IMG/VR virus record: IMGVR_UViG_3300027852_000034 | Coordinates: 33,461 to 97,460 of that record | Direction: 5' to 3' (one strand) | DNA: 64,000 bases | Source of the DNA: a virus | Lineage: Duplodnaviria > Heunggongvirae > Uroviricota > Caudoviricetes | In this document: piece by piece, positions 29,813 to 37,961 of the stretch | How the letters are laid out: each line of letters begins with the position of its first letter | Position numbering within the stretch: position 1 is the first letter of the stretch | Notes under the pieces: model-generated | What the model was told of the DNA's origin: nothing | The model's input: only the letters and a program-made list of their open reading frames with translations | The model's database searches: none | Translations under genes and position numbers: made by a program

Positions 29813-29820
29813 TTTACACG
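29803..29820 (+). promoter_or_regulatory. class-B promoter-like motif ACAGGTATAATTTACACG
   Basis: AGGTATAAT core upstream of gene 29848. Confidence 0.45.
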
Positions 29821-29847
29821 TAATACAAACCTATAGGAGTAATACAC

Positions 29848-30444
29848 ATGAGTACTGTTTTAAAGCAGCTAGAAGATTTAACAGGTGTCACGTACACTGG
29901 CACTGAAGCCCAGGACTTCCTGAATAGCATGATTCGGGCAGTAAATGATTTATCTGAAGAGGATTGGAACAAACTTCCTGCTGAAGGTCAGCAATGGTTC
30001 AATGACGCAGCCAAGGTAATCAGTGAAGATGATGATGCTGAGATTCCCAGCATTAAAGGCATGGAAGAAGTAAAGGAGCCTAAGAAGGAAGAAAAGAAAG
30101 ATGATAAACCAGAAAAAAAGAAGGAAAAGGAGAAAGTTAAAAAAGATCCTGAACCAGCTAAGAAAGGGGAATCTGAAGAATCAGAGGATGAACCAGAAAA
30201 GAAAGAACCCAAGAAACGGCGTGTAGGTCCGTCTGCTGGTTCAATCGTGCGTTCTATCTTACTGGATAACAAAGACCTCTCACTTGACGAAGTGATGGAA
30301 GAACTTAAAACCCGTGATGTAGATATGAAACGATCATCTGCTCAAGTTATCTATCAAGGCACTACCAGGACTATCGAAGCCATTATCGAACATGGTGATG
30401 TGAAAGGAAAAGATGGTAAGGTGGTTGTTAGTAAAGCTGGTTAA
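29848..30444 (+). CDS. lysine/glutamate-rich histone-H1-like protein
   Basis: ORF 198 aa, KKEEKKDDKPEKKKEKEKVKKD low-complexity basic/acidic tract. Confidence 0.5.
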   Translation: MSTVLKQLEDLTGVTYTGTEAQDFLNSMIRAVNDLSEEDWNKLPAEGQQWFNDAAKVISEDDDAEIPSIKGMEEVKEPKKEEKKDDKPEKKKEKEKVKKDPEPAKKGESEESEDEPEKKEPKKRRVGPSAGSIVRSILLDNKDLSLDEVMEELKTRDVDMKRSSAQVIYQGTTRTIEAIIEHGDVKGKDGKVVVSKAG

Positions 30445-30449
30445 ACTAT

Positions 30450-30560
30450 AGGCATCTAGTGTACGCTTCCGGAAATACCCAATACCGGGCCTCGCAAGGG
30501 CAGGAGTATCACGCAGCCGCAAGCTGAAAGTCAGGGTTCGACTCCCTGAGATGCCTACCA
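30450..30560 (+). ncRNA. tRNA-like small RNA (~110 nt) with 7-bp acceptor-like stem, T-arm and 3' CCA
   Basis: 5' AGGCATC pairs with 3' GATGCCT; CAGGGTTCGACTCCCTG T-arm; ends A-CCA; two CGCAAG hairpins internally; too long for a canonical tRNA; followed by terminator. Confidence 0.4.
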
Positions 30561-30562
30561 TA

Positions 30563-30598
30563 AGGCCAGTAGAGTACTATTTTTACTGGCCTTTTTAA
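30563..30598 (+). terminator. rho-independent terminator
   Basis: AGGCCAGT...ACTGGCCT hairpin + T5. Confidence 0.7.
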
Positions 30599-30822
30599 TG
30601 GAGAACATAATGTCATATCCAAAACCTAAAAGTACTGAATCAATTACAATTCTTCCTACTAATAACGGCTTCAGTGTACAACCAGAAATGAAGGCACATG
30701 AATGTTCACCAATTTCAGATATTAATGTATTCAATAGATTTGAGGATCTAGTACTCTTTTTAGAGGAGTTGTATTTTCCCAAGGATTCTAATAAAAAATC
30801 TAAAGGCCCTGGAATAGGTTGA
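30598..30822 (+). CDS. hypothetical protein
   Basis: ORF 74 aa. Confidence 0.4.
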   Translation: MENIMSYPKPKSTESITILPTNNGFSVQPEMKAHECSPISDINVFNRFEDLVLFLEELYFPKDSNKKSKGPGIG

Positions 30823-30847
30823 AAGTGCTGGTAATGCATAAAGCAAA

Positions 30848-30893
30848 TGCTTTACAAACCGTATTTTGTAAGTAAACTTACAGTTGTAAAGCA
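30848..30893. promoter_or_regulatory. palindromic operator/parS-like candidate upstream of parB
   Basis: TGCTTTACAA ... TTGTAAAGCA inverted repeat enclosing the GTAAGTAAACTTAC palindrome, 40 bp upstream of ParB start. Confidence 0.4.
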
Positions 30894-30929
30894 ATTGTTT
30901 TATATCACACAAAATTACTGGAGAAGGGC

Positions 30930-31766
30930 ATGAACGACAATACACAAAATGAAAACTTAGATTATGTAGCTATGCAAAGGATACAACCTAACAGATTTCA
31001 ACCTCGTACAGACTTCCAACAAAAAGAACTTGAAGAACTTGCAGATAGTATTGAACAGCAAGGTCTTATTCAACCAATTATTTTGCGTCCTATTGATGAC
31101 GGTGCTGAAGATATTGATTTTGAATTAGTAGCTGGTGAAAGACGCTGGCGCGCTATGCAGCTATTAGGTAAACGGCGTATACGAGCCATTATAAAAGAAG
31201 ATTATAATGATGAGGATTCAATGCAGGCAGCACTTATCGAGAACCTGCAACGTGAAGATCTAAACCCGATGGAAGAAGCTGAATCCATTAAAAGTTTTAT
31301 GACCAAAATGAATCTGACTCAGGAACAGGCTTCCCAACGTTTAGGTAAGTCTCGTTCTTACATTTCAAATATCACTCGTATAGTCAAACTTCCTGATGAA
31401 GTTAAAGCCTCAATTAGGTCAGGTGAACTTGAAAAATGGCATGCAATGGTATTAGTAGGAGCACCAAAAGAAGAGATTACAACACTGGCTACGAAAGTTA
31501 TTAAGGGTAGTTGGTCTGTGGATACTCTGAAGAAAAAGGTTGCTTCGCTTGATCCAAAGAAAGCAGCAAAGAAGGCTAAGAAAGAGAAAATATCTCCACG
31601 CCAGCCCAGTACTAGAAATCTACTTTTGATTGAGGCTCCTTCGGCAGCAGCATTGAAAGCATTGGAAGAACAGTTGAAAGCTGAAGATGGTTACCATATC
31701 TGGCACGGTGTAACTGCATTAAAACATGCAAAAGGTCTGCTGGATATTAAGAAAGAAGATAAGTAA
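30930..31766 (+). CDS. parB: ParB/Spo0J-like partition protein
   Basis: LIQPIILRP...ELVAGERRWRA ParB box; HTH RLGKSRSYISNITR. Confidence 0.75.
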   Translation: MNDNTQNENLDYVAMQRIQPNRFQPRTDFQQKELEELADSIEQQGLIQPIILRPIDDGAEDIDFELVAGERRWRAMQLLGKRRIRAIIKEDYNDEDSMQAALIENLQREDLNPMEEAESIKSFMTKMNLTQEQASQRLGKSRSYISNITRIVKLPDEVKASIRSGELEKWHAMVLVGAPKEEITTLATKVIKGSWSVDTLKKKVASLDPKKAAKKAKKEKISPRQPSTRNLLLIEAPSAAALKALEEQLKAEDGYHIWHGVTALKHAKGLLDIKKEDK

Positions 31767-31786
31767 CCGTTACTACGAGGTAACTA

Positions 31787-31980
31787 GTGTGACTATACAA
31801 ACTACAGACTTGATTGGTATGCTTAGAGATAAAGCAGAAGAGTTTGAACTTGCAGGAGATTTAGAACTGTTCGCACTTCTTGATATAGCATCCGATAGAT
31901 TGCAGGGTGCTATGACTTTGTTAGCACAACTCCAGTATGATATAGAAACAGGTACGGATTCAATAGAAAGAGGGTGTTAA
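31787..31980 (+). CDS. hypothetical protein (start uncertain)
   Basis: ORF track 31726..31980 overlaps parB; trimmed to a GTG/ATG after the parB stop. Confidence 0.35.
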
Positions 31981-32181
31981 TACTTTTTAGAATCTCAAGT
32001 CCTTATTTTGTTGCAGGTGTAGTTGTACAGTATAGAAGAGTTGTACGTGCTGCACCTATTCTGCATTACATGAAGGGTTGGAGTGTGCGACAAGTTAAAG
32101 ATTACTGCTTGTATAAGCACTGGAAAATAGAACGTTACTAGCACTTGGTACAGACGTTACACAAGAAACAGGAATTTGATA

Positions 32182-32811
32182 ATGGCTAGATTAAATGGTG
32201 CCCCTCCAGGATTTGTATTTGAACCTCCACCGTTACCAAAAACAAAGACTAAACGTAAAGCAAAAGCAGATAGAATATGTGCAGGTTGTGGTTACATAAG
32301 CAAAACAAAAAATCATTTCAAATCTTTAAATTCAAAAGAATTCAATGAAAAGGAAATGTGGTGTAAAGGTTGTAGACTATATTTTAATATAGATCAACCA
32401 TTTGGTTCAGCTCCTATGTACCCTGATAAAGCTTTAAGAAAGCTTGAAGTATTGAAAGAAAAAGGATATTTATTAGCAACAAAATCAGGAAAGTTCGGAA
32501 CTCCTGAAGGTCTATCTGTACAAATAGATGCATGGGATATTTTCAAACCTATACGAATAGGTTCAACTAAGAAAGGTGATAATACTACAAAAGGAAGTAT
32601 GGCTTTTTTTACTGTGGATATATTAATTGGCAATGTACCACTAACACTTCATCCCTGGGAGTTTGGAACAATAACTTGGATAGACCTTATGCAATTTAGA
32701 AAAGAAGGAGCTTACATAGAACAATATGTTTCAACTGATGATGTTGGAGGATACTGGGCACCTACAAAAAAATTTAGAAAAAAACTGAATGAATTGTTTG
32801 GAGAAAGGTAA
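32182..32811 (+). CDS. hypothetical protein
   Basis: ORF track 32176..32811, ACAGGAATTTGATAATG. Confidence 0.55.
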   Translation: MARLNGAPPGFVFEPPPLPKTKTKRKAKADRICAGCGYISKTKNHFKSLNSKEFNEKEMWCKGCRLYFNIDQPFGSAPMYPDKALRKLEVLKEKGYLLATKSGKFGTPEGLSVQIDAWDIFKPIRIGSTKKGDNTTKGSMAFFTVDILIGNVPLTLHPWEFGTITWIDLMQFRKEGAYIEQYVSTDDVGGYWAPTKKFRKKLNELFGER

Positions 32812-32855
32812 AGTACGTTTCACACTAGGAAAACAACAAAGCTATAACTATATAC

Positions 32856-32898
32856 TACTTTGCTAAGAACGCAGCTTAAACAGCGTTATATAGCGTCA
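32856..32898. repeat. 43-bp inverted-repeat copy B (partner at 12109..12151)
   Basis: See copy A. Confidence 0.8.
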
Positions 32899-33002
32899 CA
32901 GACAATAAACCTCATGTGCTGTTACATAAAATAAACGTATTGCAAAAGGTATGTTTACATTGCAAACCCTTAGGCGTACAATAACAGTCAATTCTTATTT
33001 AA

Positions 33003-33671
33003 ATGACAACGGGGAATAACATGAGTAGTGATTGTAAAAAAGAACCAGAAGATGAATCTATTGCAGACTCTAAAGATAGAAAAACTCTTGCTACTGACTC
33101 TATTACAAATTTGTTAAAATTCGTAGGTGAAGATGTAACAAGAAACGGTCTTATTGAAACCCCTAAAAGAGTAGTTAAAGCCTACGAAGAATTGACCTGG
33201 GGTTTAAGGGTATCAGAAGATGAATTTTTCGACTCCATTGCGAAAGAGTTTGAACTTGCCTACGACCAAATGGTGGCAGTACGTTCTATTAGGTTTACCT
33301 CTATGTGTGAGCACCATTTGCTTCCTTTTATTGGTACTGCTACTGTCGCTTACATACCAGACGCGAAAAAGAATGGCATGGTAATAGGTATTAGCAAACT
33401 TGCTAGACTAGTAGAATATTATGCAGCTAGACCTCAAATTCAAGAACGTATGACCACTCAAATTGCAAAAGCATTAGAGACTTTAATGTCTCCGTTAGGT
33501 ACAGGTGTATGGATTGATGCTGTCCACACATGCATGTCTATCAGAGGTGTTAAAGCCGTGGGCGCCTCTACTGTAACCTCTGATTTACGTGGTGTGATAA
33601 GAGAAAATCCTGAAACTCGTAGTGAATTTTTATCCCTTGCAAGAAGTAACATGTTCCAAGGTATACAATGA
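33003..33671 (+). CDS. folE: GTP cyclohydrolase I
   Basis: [10 protein letters not shown] signature, LIETPKRV, length 222 aa. Confidence 0.8.
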   Translation: MTTGNNMSSDCKKEPEDESIADSKDRKTLATDSITNLLKFVGEDVTRNGLIETPKRVVKAYEELTWGLRVSEDEFFDSIAKEFELAYDQMVAVRSIRFTSMCEHHLLPFIGTATVAYIPDAKKNGMVIGISKLARLVEYYAARPQIQERMTTQIAKALETLMSPLGTGVWIDAVHTCMSIRGVKAVGASTVTSDLRGVIRENPETRSEFLSLARSNMFQGIQ

Positions 33672-33950
33672 ATGACGTACCCTTACCGATGCACTACAAG
33701 AAGTTGTCGGAAATATGTCACCTTAAAAAAGAAAAAAGAAGAATACATAAGAACACCCCATTGTAAAGATTGTGGAGGCAATTTAAGTTACTCACCACAA
33801 ATGAGAAAAAAGGATAAGAAAAGAACGTGTACTTGTGATGCTTACCCTTTTCCTCATAAAAAAACTACGTCTGTTTGGTGTAAGTATCATCCTACAGGGC
33901 CTACTGAAGAAGATTGGGAAGAACGTTATAGCAGTGTTCCTAAATTTTAA
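33672..33950 (+). CDS. Zn-ribbon hypothetical protein
   Basis: ORF 92 aa, CTTRSC...CKDCGG...CTCD. Confidence 0.5.
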   Translation: MTYPYRCTTRSCRKYVTLKKKKEEYIRTPHCKDCGGNLSYSPQMRKKDKKRTCTCDAYPFPHKKTTSVWCKYHPTGPTEEDWEERYSSVPKF

Positions 33951-33954
33951 AACC

Positions 33955-34377
33955 ATGGCAAAAAGACATAAATTTAGATTGTGTGTTTCATATCCTGATG
34001 ATAGGGACAAAACAAAACGTCCTCCATTGCCCGTATGGTTAGCTCCTGATAAAGATTTAACTAATGCTACTATAGGTCAACTAAGGAGTTATGAATACTG
34101 GACTCAAATTTATTGGGCTACACCTCCCTGGATAACAAAAGAAATGATATTAGAAATGAAAGGTATATATGAAACAGCTACAGCATCAGAGCACGTTGAT
34201 CATACGGTACCTTTGAAAGGGAAAACAGTTTGTGGATTACATGTACCCTGGAATTTACAAAAACTACCTGAAAAGACTAACCTTGTTAAGTCTAATGATA
34301 TGTGGCCTGATAGTTGGTTAGAACCTATGGCATTAGAACTAGAACATAATCCTCATCAACTTAGTTTAGGAATTTAG
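33955..34377 (+). CDS. HNH endonuclease
   Basis: ORF track 33835..34377 trimmed to MAKRHKF; SEHVDHTVPLKGKTVCGLHVPWNLQ is an HNH motif. Confidence 0.6.
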   Translation: MAKRHKFRLCVSYPDDRDKTKRPPLPVWLAPDKDLTNATIGQLRSYEYWTQIYWATPPWITKEMILEMKGIYETATASEHVDHTVPLKGKTVCGLHVPWNLQKLPEKTNLVKSNDMWPDSWLEPMALELEHNPHQLSLGI

Positions 34378-34378
34378 A

Positions 34379-35548
34379 ATGAGACGGATAATTTATTTAC
34401 CTCTTGAATCATACGAAGCACGATACACTAAACAACTATTGGATTGGAATGTAGATAGATTCAAAGAAAAAGAAATTCCATATATCTTGGTAGAAGGAAC
34501 TAGATTAACAGATGATGAGGATATAAATGTAGGCAAAGTTTTAGATGCACATGGACGTACATACTATTCGCTTACCCAAATAGCTAAATTAGTCAAACTT
34601 TTACAATCTGGAATAATCACTTACACAGATGTAATTTTTACTGAGGACATGTTCGCACCTGGTTACGAAGCACTTCCCTATATTTTTGAGCAACTTCCTG
34701 TTACACATAGACCCAGTTACTTTACCAGATGTCTAGCCCAATCTATCGACCCTGATGATTTCGTATTCCCCTGGCGAAATTGGATGCGCCATTATGAAAA
34801 ACTTGTAAGTACTACTGCTACAGGTATCATGATGGCTAATGATGCTATGGGATTACATATGGAAATTGCAATGGTAGATGATTGCCCTCTTTACGTTACA
34901 GGATTACCATTTGATAAAATTGAGGTTAGAAAACGCGCAGGGTACGTAACCTCTTTAAGAGCTAGAAAAAATCAAGTTATATTCAGTTCACGTTGGGATA
35001 CAGAAAAACAACCTGATTTCTACATGGATTTAATTGAGGCTTGTGCAGAAGAATGCCCTAAAATAGAGTTTTGCATATGCACAGGTAATAAAGAATTACG
35101 AAGCAATGACCGTACATATGTTCAACGTGCAAAGAAGTTGGAACAAGAAGGGAAGCTTAAAATTTATACAGGTCTTAAAAAGAATGAATACTACATGGTC
35201 CTTGCAGATTCAAAGGTACAGTTTAATTGTGCATTACAAGATTGGCAAAGCAACACACTGAATGAGGCTTCTGCTTTAGGTACTCAAAGTTTATGTCCAG
35301 CTTATAGATCTTTTCCACAAGCATTGAACAACAACAGTAAATATTTATATGTGCCCTGGTCTATTGCTGATGCAAAACAGAAACTCTTAGCGTTACTTGA
35401 TAATATTGAAGCAGATGATGATGTTTCATATCCTGCTGATGATCAGCATGAAACAATTAATCGTACTATAGATATTTTGATGGGTAACGGTTCTAAGTAT
35501 TTGTATAAACCTTACCATTATGAAACACCTGTTAAAGGTGCCGTATGA
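34379..35548 (+). CDS. hypothetical protein (389 aa) in 7-deazaguanine locus
   Basis: Long ORF; no PP-loop (not QueC); possible nucleotide/base-modifying enzyme; family not recognised. Confidence 0.55.
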   Translation: MRRIIYLPLESYEARYTKQLLDWNVDRFKEKEIPYILVEGTRLTDDEDINVGKVLDAHGRTYYSLTQIAKLVKLLQSGIITYTDVIFTEDMFAPGYEALPYIFEQLPVTHRPSYFTRCLAQSIDPDDFVFPWRNWMRHYEKLVSTTATGIMMANDAMGLHMEIAMVDDCPLYVTGLPFDKIEVRKRAGYVTSLRARKNQVIFSSRWDTEKQPDFYMDLIEACAEECPKIEFCICTGNKELRSNDRTYVQRAKKLEQEGKLKIYTGLKKNEYYMVLADSKVQFNCALQDWQSNTLNEASALGTQSLCPAYRSFPQALNNNSKYLYVPWSIADAKQKLLALLDNIEADDDVSYPADDQHETINRTIDILMGNGSKYLYKPYHYETPVKGAV

Positions 35549-35604
35549 TAATCTTAGGGCTTTCAATCCCGGCGATGTAGGTTCGATTCCTACCGGCACC
35601 TCCA
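35537..35604 (+). ncRNA. tRNA-like 3' fragment (acceptor stem + T-arm + CCA, no proper D/anticodon arms)
   Basis: GGTGCCG...GTAGGTTCGATTCCTAC-CGGCACC-T-CCA; overlaps last 12 nt of upstream CDS; 64-nt body too short for cloverleaf. Confidence 0.35.
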
Positions 35605-35630
35605 CATAGTATTAACAAGAGTGTATATAT

Positions 35631-36017
35631 ATGAACTTTCAAGGCATAGAAATAACGGAAGATCGTCCAGAAATCATTACACTCGTTGGTTCATCCAGAT
35701 TTTGCGGACATATGGCAGTAATGGCCTGGGAGTTTGAAAAAGCTGGTAAGATTGCACTAGGGCTACATCTCCTGCCACAGGAGTACTGTGAAGAAAAAGG
35801 TATGGTGCCTGATGAAAATGGTCATATACACCATATCGGTGAGCAGGAAGGAGTTGAACATCAAATGGATACCCTTCATTTTAAAAAAATAGAGATGGCT
35901 GATTCTATTTATGTGATGAATGTTACTGGCTATATAGGTGAGTCTACTGCAAGAGAAATTGCATATGCCAAGTATCTTAAAAAACCAATTTCATATTACG
36001 AAGATGCGAACACTTAA
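35631..36017 (+). CDS. hypothetical protein, possibly nucleoside 2-deoxyribosyltransferase-like fold
   Basis: ORF 128 aa; C-terminal ESTAREIAYAKYLKKPI resembles NDT-family C-termini (weak). Confidence 0.35.
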   Translation: MNFQGIEITEDRPEIITLVGSSRFCGHMAVMAWEFEKAGKIALGLHLLPQEYCEEKGMVPDENGHIHHIGEQEGVEHQMDTLHFKKIEMADSIYVMNVTGYIGESTAREIAYAKYLKKPISYYEDANT

Positions 36018-36110
36018 GGAGGTAAGCATGAATAACTGAATGCAATAAAGACCCACCGTAATTCTTTGGAGTTTATTTAACCCTAAATTAATTTCCAAGA
36101 GGATTACATT

Positions 36111-36446
36111 ATGAGCATTTATTTGAAAATCAAACTGAAGTCATTGGCCGCTGAAGCCTGTATCATTCGTCAACAGGAACAGAAGATGCGAGGTCCTATA
36201 TGGGGGCCAAAGAGTTCGGGACTTACTTTACATCGTAAAGGAGTAGTAAGATCAGAAGCTAGACACACCCATCTTGCCTATGGATATATTCGAGGTAAGA
36301 AGTTATCAGAGATAGAGGCATTTAGCCACACTGTTCCTGACTGGTCTAAAGTCTATCGTATGATTTGCAAATACGATACTACTACTGAAAAGGATTTTAA
36401 AGAGTGGAAAAGTGAAGATAGAGTTCCGAGGAAAAAAGTAGCATAA
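36111..36446 (+). CDS. hypothetical protein
   Basis: ORF 111 aa. Confidence 0.5.
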   Translation: MSIYLKIKLKSLAAEACIIRQQEQKMRGPIWGPKSSGLTLHRKGVVRSEARHTHLAYGYIRGKKLSEIEAFSHTVPDWSKVYRMICKYDTTTEKDFKEWKSEDRVPRKKVA

Positions 36447-36460
36447 TTTGACTTGAAGTA

Positions 36461-36506
36461 TTGCCCCAGGTAAGATTAACAACTGGGGCAATATAGTTAC
36501 TTTATT
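36461..36506 (+). terminator. possible terminator hairpin
   Basis: TTGCCCCAG...CTGGGGCAA 9-bp stem, weak U-tract. Confidence 0.4.
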
Positions 36507-36529
36507 GTTACAACTAAAGGTATATTTAA

Positions 36530-36892
36530 ATGGAAACTAACATCATTATCAACACCGTATTTTCTGCGCTTCATCATTGGGGAACTATTCCTGAAGATCA
36601 TTCACAGATTTACTTAAAATCTCCACACAGGCATACATTTCACATCCAATTGAAAATACCTGTAAGACATGATGATCGTGATATTGAATTCATCGAACTT
36701 AAAAGGAAAGTGGATAAATACTTAAATACTAGATTTGTTAAGGAAGGATGGATCACTCCTGATTTAGGTGCTATGTCCTGTGAAATGTTTTGTAAAATAT
36801 TGTTGGTAGAATTCGATGCTGTTTATTGCAAAGTTATGGAAGATGGCGAAAATGGCGCAGAAGTAATTTCAGACATAAGAGGACTAAGATGA
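36530..36892 (+). CDS. QueD-like (6-carboxytetrahydropterin synthase / T-fold) protein
   Basis: IEFIELKRKVDKYLNTRF and SCEMFCKILLVEF align with the QueD blocks IDFAELKAAFKP and SEVLAKWIWDQV; the C-x3-HGH catalytic motif is replaced by SPHRHTFH, so activity is uncertain. Confidence 0.45.
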   Translation: METNIIINTVFSALHHWGTIPEDHSQIYLKSPHRHTFHIQLKIPVRHDDRDIEFIELKRKVDKYLNTRFVKEGWITPDLGAMSCEMFCKILLVEFDAVYCKVMEDGENGAEVISDIRGLR

Positions 36893-37404
36893 AGCAAGAA
36901 ATGCCAGCAATGAATTCAGTTCTTTATTCAGCTAGTACAGTTGATCCTTCTTCACTTACAAATATTATAACCACTACTAGTGCAGGTACTGTTTTAGACC
37001 CTGAACAACCCCTTGATAATATGATGTATCAAACACCAGATCCGTCTGTAAGAACTTTTACTTCACCTAAAATGCCCAGTAACCCCTCACTTGAAAAATT
37101 AGCTAAATCATTAGCAAAGGAGATAGACATGTCAAACCGTCGTTATGTACAAGTATTCTTAGTTGATCCAGATGAAAAGATGCCTTTAAACAAAGCTGTA
37201 TTATACAAAGGTGAACCTGAACTTACGGACATGTCAGATGATGAATTGTTCTTTTCTATCCCTGTCATGGAGTTATTAAAAACTCACAATGCAGAAAGAG
37301 GAACAACGAAAGACGAAGCTACCTCAGGTTCAAAAGCCAAGTGTTTAAAACCTATAAGAATCAAAGACCTGTCAATGACAGTGGTTACTATAGCGTCTTT
37401 CTAA
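36889..37404 (+). CDS. hypothetical protein
   Basis: ORF track 36826..37404 trimmed to MKQEMPAMN (AAGAGGACTAAGATG). Confidence 0.5.
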   Translation: MKQEMPAMNSVLYSASTVDPSSLTNIITTTSAGTVLDPEQPLDNMMYQTPDPSVRTFTSPKMPSNPSLEKLAKSLAKEIDMSNRRYVQVFLVDPDEKMPLNKAVLYKGEPELTDMSDDELFFSIPVMELLKTHNAERGTTKDEATSGSKAKCLKPIRIKDLSMTVVTIASF

Positions 37405-37421
37405 ATACTTTAAGTACTTTT

Positions 37422-37445
37422 AGGTATATATTATATTATATATAA
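37422..37445 (+). promoter_or_regulatory. class-A promoter-like motif
   Basis: AGGTATATATTATATTATATATAA upstream of gene 37473. Confidence 0.5.
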
Positions 37446-37472
37446 CGTTTGAAGTAAGAGACTGGCTAACTT

Positions 37473-37691
37473 ATGAGAAATAAACTAGCAATAGGATTGG
37501 TAATAATCGTCGGGGGGTTCATAGGTAGCATGGCTTATAAAGTATGGACTCTTGGTGGAGACCCTGACGATTACAACATCATGTGTCTAGGCGGACACTC
37601 ATACTGGCGCGCCAATTTTGCGACTAAAGGTTTTCTTGCTGTGAAGCTAAACGATGATGGTACACCTGTTAGCTGCATTAACGGTAATTAA
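37473..37691 (+). CDS. small membrane protein
   Basis: ORF 72 aa, N-terminal TM. Confidence 0.45.
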   Translation: MRNKLAIGLVIIVGGFIGSMAYKVWTLGGDPDDYNIMCLGGHSYWRANFATKGFLAVKLNDDGTPVSCINGN

Positions 37692-37692
37692 T

Positions 37693-37950
37693 ATGGATGA
37701 AAAAACAACACCACAAACGAAATTAATTTTAACAGCAGACGATGGTGTAGAACATACAGTTCTTTCTCCTCGACTGGCTGAGTTAATGAATCGAGACTGT
37801 AGTACTGCTGAATTACAAGCCGCACTGGTACACCTTATAGAACTATACAATGAACAAGGAAAAAGAATGCAGACAGCCATTCATGAGCTGCAAGATTACA
37901 AAGAAAATAAGAGTCTCCAGGATCTGCTAGGTGAGCCGTTTACAATTTAA
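37693..37950 (+). CDS. hypothetical protein
   Basis: ORF track 37654..37950 trimmed to MDEKTTPQ. Confidence 0.45.
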   Translation: MDEKTTPQTKLILTADDGVEHTVLSPRLAELMNRDCSTAELQAALVHLIELYNEQGKRMQTAIHELQDYKENKSLQDLLGEPFTI

Positions 37951-37961
37951 CAGGAGTATAA

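Noticed and set aside
35537-35604. attP site / integrated-element boundary
   Set aside because: It is a tRNA 3'-half-like sequence. However, no integrase, excisionase or repressor is in the window and the genome looks lytic. Kept only as a finding, not as a mobile-element call.
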